From Patescibacteria group bacterium (GTDB lineage: Bacteria; Patescibacteriota; Patescibacteriia; Patescibacteriales; JAQTRU01), in NCBI GenBank assembly GCA_041645555.1, contig JBAZPX010000004.1, positions 10,334 to 74,333 of the forward strand: 64,000 bases of DNA. The letters run 5' to 3'. Below, piece by piece: positions 42,685 through 52,823 of the stretch. How positions within the stretch are numbered: the first letter of the stretch is position 1; the number at the start of each line of letters is the position of its first letter. The notes beneath the pieces were generated by a model. It was not told the origin of the DNA, ran no database searches, and saw only the letters and a list, made by a program, of their open reading frames with translations. The position numbers were made by a program, and so were the translations under genes.

Positions 42685-42769
42685 ATATGATATAATTTAT
42701 ATATGAATAACCAATAACCAAATTCCAATAATCAAATAATAAATAATTGAATATTGCTTATTTAATATT

Positions 42770-42825
42770 GTCCCGCCACTTTATTATAAAATTAATTGAG
42801 GGCGGGATCCCGCTAAAGCGGTGAT
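42770..42825 (+). repeat. GC-rich two-hairpin element upstream of trmD (copy 2 of 338-384)
   Basis: gtcccgccac..gagggcgggatcccgctaaagcggtgat. It ends 32 nt before ATG 42858. Confidence 0.5.
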
Positions 42826-42857
42826 TTGGAATTTAATTATTGGTTATTAAAATTTTT

Positions 42858-43556
42858 ATGCAATTTCACATCATCACAATTTTTCCTGAAATTTTTGCCT
42901 CATACTTCAATGAGTCAATTTTAAAGCGGGCGCAAAAAAATAAAATCGTAGATATTAAAATCCACGACTTGCGACAATGGGCAGAGGGCAAGCACCGGAC
43001 TGTTGATGATACCCCTTATGGCGGCGGCGCCGGCATGGTTATGAAAATAGAACCGATCTTTAAGGCCCTGCTGGCTTTAAAATTCCAAATTTCAAATTCC
43101 AAATTTCAAACAAAATCCAAAATCCAAATTTCAAAAACTAAAACTGTTTTATTATCAGCTAAGGGGAAAAAATGGGACCAGCAGCTGGCGAGAAAATATT
43201 CCAAGCTTGATGAAATAATTCTAATCTGCGGGCGCTACGAAGGAGTGGATGAAAGAGTAAAAAAATTCGTTGACGAGGAAATTTCTATCGGCGATTACGT
43301 TTTAACCGGCGGAGAAATCCCGGCTATGGCGATAGTCGATTCTATCACCCGCCTCCTGCCGGGCGTTCTAGGCAATGCTTCAAGCGCTAAAGACGAGTCG
43401 CATTCCGTTCCCGGAGTTTTAGAATACCCGCAATATACCCGGCCGGAAATTTTTACAGCCAAAGGGAAAAAATACCAGGTACCAAAGATCCTCTTATCTG
43501 GAAATCACAAAAAGATAGAGCAATGGCGAAGGGGAAAACAAAAAAGATTAAAATAA
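42858..43556 (+). CDS. trmD: tRNA (guanine37-N1)-methyltransferase
   Basis: ORF trimmed to [26 protein letters not shown] and [10 protein letters not shown] motifs. Confidence 0.9.
   Translation: MQFHIITIFPEIFASYFNESILKRAQKNKIVDIKIHDLRQWAEGKHRTVDDTPYGGGAGMVMKIEPIFKALLALKFQISNSKFQTKSKIQISKTKTVLLSAKGKKWDQQLARKYSKLDEIILICGRYEGVDERVKKFVDEEISIGDYVLTGGEIPAMAIVDSITRLLPGVLGNASSAKDESHSVPGVLEYPQYTRPEIFTAKGKKYQVPKILLSGNHKKIEQWRRGKQKRLK
43078..43143. repeat. AT-rich low-complexity insertion (ttccaaatttcaaa-type) inside trmD
   Basis: aaaattccaaatttcaaattccaaatttcaaacaaaatccaaaatccaaatttcaaaaac encodes [22 protein letters not shown] similar string in the other orientation lies at 1198-1232. Confidence 0.55.
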
Positions 43557-43604
43557 TAAAAAGGTGCGCTCTAACTAACGTACCTTTTTTATATTATTTT
43601 ATTT

Positions 43605-44612
43605 TTATATTATTTTAAAATGGTTGCCTTCTTTTTCTATTTTCCCTTCTAAGACAAACCCGGAAGCCTTGGTATGCCCCCCGCCTCCTAACTTATTGGC
43701 CAGGGTGGAAACATCCACTTTCGGGTGCGCGCTGCGCAGGCTTCCTTTTAATTTTCCTCCTTTTTCTTCCCGCAAAAACAAAACTCCTTTCACCCCGTAT
43801 AAATTGCTTAAGAATCCGGAGATGGAATCAAAAACATCTTCATTGTCGTCCGGGGAAAATTTTTCTATTTCGGCTAAAGTCAAAACGGAAAAAGCGAAAT
43901 TATATTTTTTGTTTATTTTTAAATTATTTAAAGCCAGGCCCCAGACTTTCATGGCCGGCAGGCTTTTATTATACAAAGTGTTTTTCACAATCCGGGGAAA
44001 CCTGGCTCCGCAAAGAAGCATTTCCGAGGCGATATTAATTGATTTTTGCGAAGTCGCGGAATAGAGAAAATTGCCGGTATCGGTTAAGATCCCGGTTAAA
44101 ACACAATCAGCAATATTTTTATTTATTTTTATTTTATTAGCCTTGAAAAAATAATAGAGAATTTCAGTGGTGGCGACCGCTTCGGGTTTTCTTATTTCTA
44201 AATCCGAGCGGTTGCCGTTTTTCAGATGGTGGTCAAGTTCGATGAAAAACTGGTTAAAGCCCCTGCCTTCTATTTCTTTTCCCAGTCCGGTCCGCTCTAA
44301 GCTGCCGCAGTCCAAAGCGATTATTAAGGTAAAATCCCCAAAGTCCAGCTGCGGGTTTCCCGAAGAAAACGCTAGCTTATCGAAAATAATTTTTTCCGTA
44401 TGGGGGAGAAACGAATACTGATTGATGGGCTCGCCCGGGCAGAAAGCCGTATATTTTTTGCCCAAACCTTTGCATAGCTCAATCATCGAGCAAAGCGAAG
44501 ATACCGCATCGCCGTCAGCGCGCTCGTGAGTCACTAAAAGAATATTTTCCGCTTCTTTTATTTTCTGATAAACTTCCAGAAATTTAGCGGTTATAGCTTT
44601 ATCTAGATTCAT
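43605..44612 (-). CDS. nrnA: DHH/DHHA1 phosphoesterase (NrnA-like oligoribonuclease/pAp phosphatase)
   Basis: HERADGDAVSS, DHH motif ELDHH, GGGGHTKASGF. Confidence 0.75.
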   Translation of the reverse strand: MNLDKAITAKFLEVYQKIKEAENILLVTHERADGDAVSSLCSMIELCKGLGKKYTAFCPGEPINQYSFLPHTEKIIFDKLAFSSGNPQLDFGDFTLIIALDCGSLERTGLGKEIEGRGFNQFFIELDHHLKNGNRSDLEIRKPEAVATTEILYYFFKANKIKINKNIADCVLTGILTDTGNFLYSATSQKSINIASEMLLCGARFPRIVKNTLYNKSLPAMKVWGLALNNLKINKKYNFAFSVLTLAEIEKFSPDDNEDVFDSISGFLSNLYGVKGVLFLREEKGGKLKGSLRSAHPKVDVSTLANKLGGGGHTKASGFVLEGKIEKEGNHFKII

Positions 44613-44704
44613 AAAGATTTTCTATCATAACAAAAAAGAACCAAAAAGGCAAGGGACTGTCTTCTTGGTTCTTTCTTTATTTAGAGACGCATAATTATGC
44701 GTCT

Positions 44705-45037
44705 CTACATTTCTTTTATTTCTTCCAATAATTTTTCAATCTTACTGGCTTCTTCCTCGGTTGAATCAATCACCCAGCCAAATTTCGGGATATGCCTTAA
44801 GCGGGTTTTCTTTTTTAAAATTCCGGTAAATAAGCTTGAATGCCCCCTTAAAACTTTTAAAGCCGTGCCGGAGAGATTAACCGGCAGAACGGAAATTCCG
44901 ATTTTGGCCCTGGTTAAATCAGGGGAGCAATCGACAAAACTCACTGTGATCAGGCCGTCCTTTAAATAAACCTCCCGGTTGATTAAATCGGCTATATTTC
45001 TTTTTATCAGCTCATTAACTCGTTCTGGTTGGGGCAT
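44705..45037 (-). CDS. rbfA: ribosome-binding factor A
   Basis: 110 aa. RVNELIKRNIADLI... Immediately downstream of infB, as in the nusA-infB operon. Confidence 0.8.
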   Translation of the reverse strand: MPQPERVNELIKRNIADLINREVYLKDGLITVSFVDCSPDLTRAKIGISVLPVNLSGTALKVLRGHSSLFTGILKKKTRLRHIPKFGWVIDSTEEEASKIEKLLEEIKEM

Positions 45038-45047
45038 ATAAATAGCT

Positions 45048-45140
45048 CTACGAATTACGAATTTTTTACGAATGTACGAATACTAATATAAACATTCTTA
45101 ATATAAAATTCGTATATTTGTACTTATTCGTAATTCGTAG
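45048..45140. repeat. TACRAAT hairpin element, copy E4
   Basis: ctacgaattacgaattttttacgaatgtacgaatac / aattcgtatatttgtacttattcgtaattcgtag. Fills the infB-rbfA spacer. Confidence 0.8.
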
Positions 45141-45144
45141 TAAA

Positions 45145-47124
45145 TTAAATTTTTTCTTTCACTTTCTCTGTTTTATAGAACTGCAGGATATCGCCTTCTT
45201 TTATTATTGGCTTGCCTTCATACTGCAACCCGCATTCCTGGTTCTCTTCCGCCGAATCAATATTTTTCTTGTTTAATTGCAAACGGATTACTTTGCCTTT
45301 TTCAATCACCTCGCCTCCCCGCGTTACTTCCGCTAAACTGTTAGCCTCTATCCGGCCGGATAAGACTTTACCGCCGACAATTTGGCTTCCCGGGTCGGTT
45401 CGGAAAATCGCCAGGACTTTTAAGCGCCCCAAATCAACCATTTTTATTTCCGGTTCCACTAATTTTTCCATCTCCTCTTTAATATAATCAAGCAAATCAT
45501 AAATTATTTTAAAAACATTAACTTTAATTTCTTTTTCTCTGATTAAATTTTCAATTGTCGGCGGAATCTTGACGTTAAACCCGATTACTTGAGCCCCCGA
45601 ATCTTCCGCTTTCTTTATATCCCCCTCGGTAATATTACCCAGCCCCTTGCTTATAATTTTAACTTTTATATTCTCGCCGCTTATCTTAGCCAGAGACTCT
45701 TCAATCGCCTCGGCCGAGCCCAAAACATCGCTCTTTATAACCAAATTGACTTTTCTAACCTCATCATCGCCGTTTTCGGCCTGCTGGACGACATTGGTCT
45801 TTCCCCGCCTTACTTTTGACTCAAGGGAATGAACGTTTTTCATTCTCTCTCCTTCCCCGACTTCTAAAATATCCCCGACGGCCGGCGAAACTTTTAAGCC
45901 TAGGACCCGGGCCGGATTGGAAGGCCCGGCTTCGGTAATATTCTCGCCCTTATAATTTTTTAAAGCCCGCACCTTGCCGTAAGCGTTATTATTAAAGCAA
46001 AGGCTGTCGCCCACCCTTAAAGTTCCGTTCTGGATTAAAATCGTGGCCACCGGACCGGCGCCTTTGTCGACATGGGATTCAATGACGGTTCCGGCCGCGG
46101 CCGAATCCGGATTGGCTTTCATATTGCCGGCTTCCATGTCCGCCACGAGTAAAATCATATCCAGCAAATCTTCCACGCCCTGGCCGGTCTTAGCCGAAAC
46201 CGGGGCGCAGATAATTTTTCCGCCCCAGTCTTCGGGCTGAATATTAAGCTGAGCGGCCAATTCCTGCTTAGTTTTATTTATATCGACTTCCGGTTTGTCT
46301 ACTTTGTTTATGGCGACGACAAAAGGGATATGAGCCGCTTCAATAATCCGGAAAGCTTCAACCGTCTGCGGCTTTACTCCGTCGTCAGCCGCCACAACCA
46401 GGATAGCAATGTCAGCGACGCGAGCGCCGCGGCTGCGCATCGCCGTGAAAGCTTCATGCCCGGGAGTATCAATAAAAGTAATGGCCCGGTTTTTTCTCAT
46501 TACCTGGTAAGCTCCTATATGCTGGGTTATGCCTCCGGCTTCACCGGCCACCACGTCGGTTTTTCTGATAGCGTCTAAAAGCTTTGTTTTGCCATGGTCA
46601 ACATGGCCCATAACCACAATTACCGGCGCCCGGTTCTGCAGGTTTTTTTTCTCTTCCCGGCCTAAAATTTCGCCTAATTTATTTTCTCGGTTGTCCTCTT
46701 CCCCTTCTTTTCTTTCATCAAACTTAATTTCTAAACCCAAATTTTCCCCGACAATCGCCGCTGTGTCAAAATCAATTTTTTCATTCATGGAAGTAAAAAT
46801 CCCGTTTTTCATCAGTTCAGCCAAAACTTTATTAACCGGCAGGCCGGCCAAAGCGGCAAAATCCCTGACAATAATAAAATTAGGCACTAAAACAATTTTT
46901 TTCTCCTCAACTTTTTTTTCTTCTATAACCTCCTCTTTATTTTCCGCCTCTTTCTCCCTTTTAAGCTGCCTCATCAGACCCGGCCATTCTTTAATAATTT
47001 TTTGCGCTTCCCGATTATCAATCTTAATAGCTTTTTGGCCAATATGAAAACCGAGCTGCGGCAAGAGGTCGCGCAGTTCCTGCGGATTAACTTTTAGGAT
47101 TCTGGCTAATTCAGTTACATTCAT
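45145..47124 (-). CDS. infB: translation initiation factor IF-2
   Basis: 659 aa. [17 protein letters not shown] and NKVDK G-motifs. Confidence 0.9.
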   Translation of the reverse strand: MNVTELARILKVNPQELRDLLPQLGFHIGQKAIKIDNREAQKIIKEWPGLMRQLKREKEAENKEEVIEEKKVEEKKIVLVPNFIIVRDFAALAGLPVNKVLAELMKNGIFTSMNEKIDFDTAAIVGENLGLEIKFDERKEGEEDNRENKLGEILGREEKKNLQNRAPVIVVMGHVDHGKTKLLDAIRKTDVVAGEAGGITQHIGAYQVMRKNRAITFIDTPGHEAFTAMRSRGARVADIAILVVAADDGVKPQTVEAFRIIEAAHIPFVVAINKVDKPEVDINKTKQELAAQLNIQPEDWGGKIICAPVSAKTGQGVEDLLDMILLVADMEAGNMKANPDSAAAGTVIESHVDKGAGPVATILIQNGTLRVGDSLCFNNNAYGKVRALKNYKGENITEAGPSNPARVLGLKVSPAVGDILEVGEGERMKNVHSLESKVRRGKTNVVQQAENGDDEVRKVNLVIKSDVLGSAEAIEESLAKISGENIKVKIISKGLGNITEGDIKKAEDSGAQVIGFNVKIPPTIENLIREKEIKVNVFKIIYDLLDYIKEEMEKLVEPEIKMVDLGRLKVLAIFRTDPGSQIVGGKVLSGRIEANSLAEVTRGGEVIEKGKVIRLQLNKKNIDSAEENQECGLQYEGKPIIKEGDILQFYKTEKVKEKI

Positions 47125-47179
47125 AATTTATTTAACTTTACAACAATTTTTGCCTTTCGTCAATGATTAAAATAACCCC

Positions 47180-47254
47180 AAAAAAAGTTGCCCTCCTTGT
47201 AAAGGAGGGATGGGGAGGTTTTTAAACCCCCTTTGTCCCCCTTTCGAAGGGGGA
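47180..47254 (-). terminator. tandem GC hairpins (terminator region) between the 91-aa gene and infB
   Basis: ccctcctt-gtaa-aaggaggg (47191-47209) is followed on the minus strand by caacttttttt. A second hairpin gtccccctt-tcg-aagggggac lies at 47235-47254. Confidence 0.5.
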
Positions 47255-47320
47255 CATTTTAAAAGTAAACAATAAAAAATAACCCCCAGTCTTAAGGATC
47301 ATTTTTACATCGCAAAAAAA

Positions 47321-47596
47321 CTATTTTTTCCCTTCCCAATATTTTTCGGCCTCTTTTTCTAATTTTTCCAGCCGAGTGTAGTAATCAGGAAATTCATTAA
47401 GATGCGCCAAGGCGATTTTTCCGGTTATAAGGGAATCGCTATTAGTAACATTAGTATGCTGGCTTACTAGGCCGTGTTCTAATTCAACGTCCAGGCCGGC
47501 CCGGAATTGCTCTACGTCAAATTTATCCCACTTAATTCCCAAAGCTTCGCCGATATTTTTCGCTTCCTCGTTGGTAAAATTTTTTTTGTCGGTCAT
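47321..47596 (-). CDS. hypothetical small protein (91 aa)
   Basis: Clean ORF with coding-like composition. No domain recognised with certainty. Confidence 0.5.
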   Translation of the reverse strand: MTDKKNFTNEEAKNIGEALGIKWDKFDVEQFRAGLDVELEHGLVSQHTNVTNSDSLITGKIALAHLNEFPDYYTRLEKLEKEAEKYWEGKK

Positions 47597-47672
47597 AATT
47601 TTAAATAATAAAAATTAATTTACTTTTTATTATCTTGATGCCTAAATTCGCTTGGAGCGAAGTCGCAACCCT

Positions 47673-47713
47673 GTCATTGCGAGTCCTGCCCGCAGGCGGG
47701 GCGAAGCAATCTC
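47673..47713. repeat. gtcattgcgag...cgaagcaatc element, copy a
   Basis: gtcattgcgagtcctgcccgcaggcggggcgaagcaatctc, with an internal hairpin cctgcccgc-a-ggcgggg. Confidence 0.7.
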
Positions 47714-47806
47714 TGGTTATTTAGAAATAACAAAAAAATTAAAAAATATTATTTTACCCTAGCGAATATTGATTATAGCCATTTAATAAAATTAGGCTTC
47801 GTGCCT

Positions 47807-48466
47807 TTAAACCTGAGATTGCTTCGTCGCTACGCTCCTCGCAATGACATGCGCCACACCAGCCACTGGCCCGAAACTAAAACGATGAATCGGGCAGGGC
47901 CCGTATTTTTTTAAATTCTCCAAATGCAATTTAGTGCCATAGCCTTTATGCCGGTCAAAGCCGTACTGCGGATACTGTTCATGGAATTTTTTCATCAATC
48001 TGTCCCGGGTTACTTTGGCGATAATGGAAGCGGCCGCAATGGAAAAAACAAGGCTGTCCCCCTTTATAATATTTTTCTGCTCACCAGAATAATTGGGGAT
48101 TTTAAATCCGCCGTCAAGCAAAACGAAATCCGGTTTTTCCTTTAAAGCCCCCAAAGCTTTTTTCATGGCCAAAAAAGTCGCCTGAAAAATATTTATTTTA
48201 TCAATGGTTTTATTGTCGCAAATGCCGATTCCGATTCCAAATTGCTCTTCAATAACAGAGAACAGTTCTTCCCGCCGGGAAGCGTTTAAAATTTTAGAAT
48301 CCGCTATCAGTTTTAATTTCTCATCTTCGGCAATAAATCCGGCCGGCAAAACCACGCAGGCGGCCACGACCGGGCCGGCTAAAGGCCCCCGACCGGCTTC
48401 GTCCAGGCTGGCGATTAGTTTATAACCTAAAGAAAATAAATTTTTTTCTTCTAATAAATCCAACAT
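47807..48466 (-). CDS. rnhB: ribonuclease HII
   Basis: DEAGRGPLAGPVVAA and DSK motifs. The last ~14 codons come from the repeat element. Confidence 0.85.
   Translation of the reverse strand: MLDLLEEKNLFSLGYKLIASLDEAGRGPLAGPVVAACVVLPAGFIAEDEKLKLIADSKILNASRREELFSVIEEQFGIGIGICDNKTIDKINIFQATFLAMKKALGALKEKPDFVLLDGGFKIPNYSGEQKNIIKGDSLVFSIAAASIIAKVTRDRLMKKFHEQYPQYGFDRHKGYGTKLHLENLKKYGPCPIHRFSFGPVAGVAHVIARSVATKQSQV
47815..47848. repeat. gtcattgcgag...cgaagcaatc element, copy b (inverted; forms the rnhB C-terminal tail)
   Basis: gagattgcttcgtcgctacgctcctcgcaatgac encodes ..VIARSVATKQSQV at the end of rnhB. Confidence 0.7.
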
Positions 48467-48472
48467 AAATTA

Positions 48473-49912
48473 TTAGCGATTTTTTTTCAAGACCCTGACG
48501 ATGCCCTTATTAGCGTCAACCTCTATTAAATCGCCATCTCTTAAAATTTCAGTAGCGACTTTCGTACCGACGATACATGGGATACCTAACTCCCTGGAGA
48601 TAATAGCGGTGTGGCAGATAATACCCCCTTCATCCGTGACGATAGCTTTGGTTTTTCTCATAGCCGGAACAAAATCCTGCCTGGTCACGGCGGCCACCAT
48701 AATATCGCCCCTTTTTACTTTATCTAAGTCTTTATTGGTATAAACTACTTTTACTCTGCCTCTGGCAAATCCTTGGCAGGCGATAACTCCTTTTATTTCC
48801 TTTGATCTTCTGGCTCTGCTAAAATCTAACTCGTTTTTAAACTTACTTGCAGCCTGGCTACCGGAATAAATTTTTACTTTGTTTCCCTTTTGGATCAATA
48901 AATAATTTTTTTCTCTTTTTTTTGTCTCTCCTCTCGGAAACTTCTTATGGCTTTTTAAATACCCAATAATTTCGTCATTCGTTAAAACTGCTGCTTCTTT
49001 TACCCCCAAACCCAACCGTTTTCCAGCTTCAGAATAAAATTCCCTTAGCTCAAGATTTAATTTTTGCCTGATCATGTCCCGATAATCCCTTAAAAAAACA
49101 TTCTCTTTCAAAAATTGAAGCAAATTTTTTAATTTTTTATCCGGTTTTATCTCTCTTGTTATTTTTTTAAAATTTTTCCGGTTTTTCAGGAATAATCTTT
49201 TTAATTTTCCCAATTCCTTATCTGGATTTTTTATATCTTTTAACTCTTGCAAAAAATGGCTTGCCGTATATGGCTCATGGTCAAAATCAAACATCGGAAT
49301 ATGCTGATATTTTTTAGTATGCCTCTTTATCCTCTCTAAAAACTCCCTTTTGCTTAACTTATTTTTTGCCCTAGCTAATTCCAAAATATCAATTCTTTCT
49401 TCCAAAACATTATTCGGGGTTAATTGAGAAGATAACTTTAAAAGATACTCATCCGTCTTACTTTTATCTCCTAAAGGTCTCCCTGATTCCTTTTTAAAAA
49501 TAACCGCTAAGGGCTCGGCAATATTAAAAACCGTCCACATTCTTGCATAAAACTGCTCTACGTTCGGCAACAGAAAATTTACATATATTTTTAATAATTC
49601 TGCATCAGACAACTCTGATAAATTTCTATTAAATTTTTTTTCTATATCTTCCAATATACCTTCTAATTTACTTCTAGCTTCCTTGTGAAAATTTTTAACA
49701 AATTTCTCATTGCGCAATAGTCTATATAAACCTTCCTCATAGTTTTCGTATTGCTTTTTATCAACATAATATTCTGTTTTATTAGAATCCCTAAAAATCA
49801 GAGTGTTTTCCAAAGAAACTCCATAAACTTTTTTCATTGCCTTGCCCCAGCCGAAATTCCAGGCTTGGGCCACCTGAACGGCCAGCCTTCTTGTAATATA
49901 TTTAGACCACAT
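48473..49912 (-). CDS. unknown helical domain fused to a C-terminal PEP-utilising swivel domain (fourth swivel paralog)
   Basis: 479 aa. C-terminus GFARGRVKVVY..VKRGDIMV..GGIICHTAIISRELGIPCIVGT. Confidence 0.7.
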   Translation of the reverse strand: MWSKYITRRLAVQVAQAWNFGWGKAMKKVYGVSLENTLIFRDSNKTEYYVDKKQYENYEEGLYRLLRNEKFVKNFHKEARSKLEGILEDIEKKFNRNLSELSDAELLKIYVNFLLPNVEQFYARMWTVFNIAEPLAVIFKKESGRPLGDKSKTDEYLLKLSSQLTPNNVLEERIDILELARAKNKLSKREFLERIKRHTKKYQHIPMFDFDHEPYTASHFLQELKDIKNPDKELGKLKRLFLKNRKNFKKITREIKPDKKLKNLLQFLKENVFLRDYRDMIRQKLNLELREFYSEAGKRLGLGVKEAAVLTNDEIIGYLKSHKKFPRGETKKREKNYLLIQKGNKVKIYSGSQAASKFKNELDFSRARRSKEIKGVIACQGFARGRVKVVYTNKDLDKVKRGDIMVAAVTRQDFVPAMRKTKAIVTDEGGIICHTAIISRELGIPCIVGTKVATEILRDGDLIEVDANKGIVRVLKKNR

Positions 49913-49917
49913 AATTA

Positions 49918-50871
49918 TTATTTCTTTTCCTCAATCTGCAAATACTGATAAGCGCCCAGAGCCGCGATCGCTCCTTGGGCCGCCGCGGTTATAATCTGCT
50001 TAAAATTGCTCCCGTTCGTAAAATCCCCGGCCGCGAAGAGGCCCTTAGTCTTAGTCATTTGGTTTTTATCCACGGTTATAAAATTTTCCGGGTCAAGATC
50101 GATAAAATTTTCCAAGATCTCGGTATTCGCGGCGCGCCCGATTTCAATCAAGACTCCGTCCAGGGTTATTTCCCGCTCGCCGCCGGCCTTTATATTTTCC
50201 ACAATAATTTTTTTAACCTTATCCGCCCCGATTATTTCTTTAATTTTAGAATCTAAAACCAACTCAATATTTTCCCTCTTTTTAACCTCATCAATTAAAT
50301 ACTCAAAACCCTTAAATTCCTGATGGCGATGAATTAAATAGGCCTTGTTCGCTATTTTCGATAAAATTTCCGCGGCGTCCAAAGCCGCATTGCCTCCGCC
50401 GACTACCGCCACTATTTTCCCTTTAAAAAACGGCCCATCGCAATTGGCGCAATAGGAAACTCCTTTTCCGTTAAGTTCTTTTTCTCCGGGCACGCCCAGT
50501 TTGCGCGGGGCCATGCCCAGGCACGCGATTATGGTTTTCGCTTCGTACTCCTTGCCGCCGGCTTTCAATAAGAAAGTTTTATCTTTTTGCTCCATAATTG
50601 AACTTACTTCTCCCGTTATTATTTCCACGCCCACGTTTTTTACCTGCGCCTGCATTTTCGTTATCAGGTCAAAACTTTCAATTGATAAAAATCCCGGATA
50701 ATTTTCAATTGCCGAAGCCCAGGCCATCTGCCCGCCCAATTCTTTGCCGATTACTAAAGTTTTCATTTCCCGCCTGGCCGCGTAAATAGCCGCGGTCATT
50801 CCGGCCGGCCCGGAACCGATTATTACTGTGTCAAAAACCCCATTAGAAATTTTGTCATTTTTTTTCTCCAT
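49918..50871 (-). CDS. trxB: thioredoxin-disulfide reductase
   Basis: VIIGSGPAGMTAAIYAAR, redox CANC(DG), GGGNAALDAA, AAGD. Confidence 0.85.
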   Translation of the reverse strand: MEKKNDKISNGVFDTVIIGSGPAGMTAAIYAARREMKTLVIGKELGGQMAWASAIENYPGFLSIESFDLITKMQAQVKNVGVEIITGEVSSIMEQKDKTFLLKAGGKEYEAKTIIACLGMAPRKLGVPGEKELNGKGVSYCANCDGPFFKGKIVAVVGGGNAALDAAEILSKIANKAYLIHRHQEFKGFEYLIDEVKKRENIELVLDSKIKEIIGADKVKKIIVENIKAGGEREITLDGVLIEIGRAANTEILENFIDLDPENFITVDKNQMTKTKGLFAAGDFTNGSNFKQIITAAAQGAIAALGAYQYLQIEEKK

Positions 50872-51052
50872 AAAATAATATTTTTATATTTTAATATCCC
50901 CCGCATTAACCCAGCCCAAAATTATTTCTAACGGGGCACGTTATCCTTTTATTATCTTAATTATAAATTTATTGTATATTTTTTTATATTTTTAGGCAAG
51001 AAAAAACCCCGAGAGAGAATCCCCCGGGGTTTTACGCAATTTATGCAGGCAG

Positions 51053-51508
51053 TCATTTTTTTACAAAAAAATTGAAAATTATAGGAGGATAAACAATAAC
51101 AATGTTTGTAGGTCCTGAAGAGGAAATAACATCCTCTGACGGTTGTACCTTTCTCAACATTCTTGAGCGTATATACTCCTCAGTCACAAAACCCAACACC
51201 GCAGTCAGTTCGGAGACCGGAAGATGGTATCGGCCGGGGTTAGAAAAGTCAAAATAAAGGATCAAAGTCCCAAATAACCACCAGATAACCACCCACCAAC
51301 CACCAGGCCTGTTCATCGTGGGGATATTTAGCTGCCTTTTCGCGTTATTGGCAGTAACATACTCCCTTAGGAAACCAATAAACACAACTACGAGAATACC
51401 AGATGCTGGGTCGTTAATATAGCAATTGAATTTCAGCCAGAGAAAAATAAGGGTCGAAATACTCCAAACATCAATCATCCGGAAAAATCTTTTATTCTTG
51501 TCCAACAT
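51053..51508 (-). CDS. hypothetical membrane protein (orphan, SD-led)
   Basis: SD ggagg 7 nt upstream. Three or four hydrophobic helices. G+C-richer than the core genes. Confidence 0.45.
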   Translation of the reverse strand: MLDKNKRFFRMIDVWSISTLIFLWLKFNCYINDPASGILVVVFIGFLREYVTANNAKRQLNIPTMNRPGGWWVVIWWLFGTLILYFDFSNPGRYHLPVSELTAVLGFVTEEYIRSRMLRKVQPSEDVISSSGPTNIVIVYPPIIFNFFVKK

Positions 51509-51832
51509 GGCGGACCTCCATTTTCTATTGTTTTACCTTTTTAATGTACCTGTTAATGTGCCCGCATAAACATTACACTATACCAAAGTTTCTTTCTTTT
51601 GTCAAGGATTATGTACACCCTGGTACCAAGCGCGAGAACTTGTTTTAAAACCTTAGGTTATATATTGCTTCGTCTCGTCCCCGCGCCATCGCCAAAGCTA
51701 TAGCGGCGTGCGATCGAAGTCCCGCAGCATTGTGGGACGGAGTGGGGTCAAGATATTTATAAAATTAAATCATGCTTTCCCCAGGTTATCCACGGCTATA
51801 ATTTTAGCTAACATTAGCAAAAATAAAAAGAA

Positions 51833-51854
51833 AAGTCCACTAAAACGTGGACTT
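51833..51854. repeat. palindrome P4 (aagtccac-taaaac-gtggactt)
   Basis: Same half-sites as P1-P3. Flanked by the DnaA-box-like TTATCCACG (51786-51794) and TTATCCCCA (51853-51861). The string agctaacattag is shared with 4058-4069. Confidence 0.7.
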
Positions 51855-51874
51855 ATCCCCAATTTATAAAAAAT

Positions 51875-51906
51875 GACTTAAGTCTACAAAAACGTGGACT
51901 AAAGTC
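51875..51906. repeat. palindrome P5 (gacttaagtctac-aaaaac-gtggactaaagtc), imperfect
   Basis: Same family, with two arm mismatches. Confidence 0.6.
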
Positions 51907-51915
51907 TTAACAAAT

Positions 51916-51948
51916 GTCATTGCGAGGAGTGTAGCGACGAAGCAATCT
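51916..51948. repeat. gtcattgcgag...cgaagcaatc element, copy c
   Basis: gtcattgcgaggagtgtagcgacgaagcaatct. Confidence 0.7.
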
Positions 51949-52002
51949 AACGAATGATGTGTGGGCACAAAATAACATTTTTAGATTAAAATCATTGTGC
52001 GT

Positions 52003-52055
52003 GAGATTGCTTCGTCAGTCGTCCCGAAGGCTCGGGACTCCTTCCTCGCAATGAC
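52003..52055. repeat. gtcattgcgag...cgaagcaatc element, copy d (inverted, with a nested hairpin insertion)
   Basis: gagattgcttcgtc-[agtcgtcccgaaggctcgggactcc]-ttcctcgcaatgac. Confidence 0.65.
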
Positions 52056-52154
52056 ATGATAAATGTTCTACGAAAAACAATTAGCCAAAAAACAAAAAAG
52101 CCCACCTATCAGTTTTTACTGAAGTGGACTTTTACATTTACGAAGACTGGCAGA

Positions 52155-52319
52155 TCAGGAATAACGTTTCTCTCCGGTTGCGTCATTCCATTCCGGATGC
52201 CTACCGTCCCGAAGACGACCCTCAATACAGCGGTACCAACCAGTAGCGAAACATTTACCAGGCCTCCAAACAAACTGGTGTTCATACTGGCCAATAGGAA
52301 GCCACTCAATCACGCCCAT
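52155..52319 (-). CDS. possible small protein (54 aa, Trp/Arg/Cys-containing), below the ORF-track cutoff
   Basis: aaggatgaaatat-ATG. MGVIEWLPIGQYEHQFVWRPGKCFATGWYRCIEGRLRDGRHPEWNDATGEKRYS. A hairpin plus T-run lies downstream (52090-52140 on the minus strand). Confidence 0.35.
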   Translation of the reverse strand: MGVIEWLPIGQYEHQFVWRPGKCFATGWYRCIEGRLRDGRHPEWNDATGEKRYS

Positions 52320-52455
52320 ATATTTCATCCTTTTAAAGGGTTAATCCAATACGGGAAAAAACATGACTTTGTATGATGTAAAATATAAAAATCTTTGTCA
52401 ATATAAATATCGCTAAAAAGTTCTACAAAGAACTTTTATTCAATATTAGCCAAAA

Positions 52456-52695
52456 TCATACTAAATGCTTATTAGTAAAAGCACAACCAGAACTTGATTT
52501 TAGATATTTCTCAAATTTATAAGCTTTTTGTTTCTCAGCAAAAGCGGAATACCATCTTAGTATATAAGGTCGCCTTGTGCTTGAATATCGCGCATTCCCG
52601 GAATTATGCTCTTCTAATCTTCGTTTTAAATCAGAAGTCACGCCAATATAGCGGCTTTCATCCTTTTTGCTCTGCAATATATAAGTATAATACAT
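52456..52695 (-). CDS. GIY-YIG nuclease-family protein (UPF0213/YhbQ-like)
   Basis: YYTYILQS..SRYIGVTSDLKRRLEEHN. Confidence 0.75.
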   Translation of the reverse strand: MYYTYILQSKKDESRYIGVTSDLKRRLEEHNSGNARYSSTRRPYILRWYSAFAEKQKAYKFEKYLKSSSGCAFTNKHLV

Positions 52696-52823
52696 ACATT
52701 TTGCGGCCCCACTCCGTCAAGACTCCGCGGGGCACCACTTCGCCTATTTTATGTTTGTTATACTTAATCAATTTTATATGTGCTGTGCACCGCGAAGCTC
52801 CGAGGTTAAACCGAGGAGCGAAG

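Noticed and set aside
18154-45140. TACRAAT elements, or other short repeats, as a CRISPR array
   Set aside because: Each locus is a single inverted-repeat unit, not a series of direct repeats with unique spacers. No cas genes are present.
46529-47047. 172-aa plus-strand ORF, and other small ORFs inside infB
   Set aside because: They are antisense to IF-2 and Ser/Phe-rich, which is mirror-image composition.
52056-52376. 106-aa plus-strand ORF
   Set aside because: It starts inside a repeat element and has no start context. The opposite strand holds a better-supported 54-aa ORF with an SD and a terminator.
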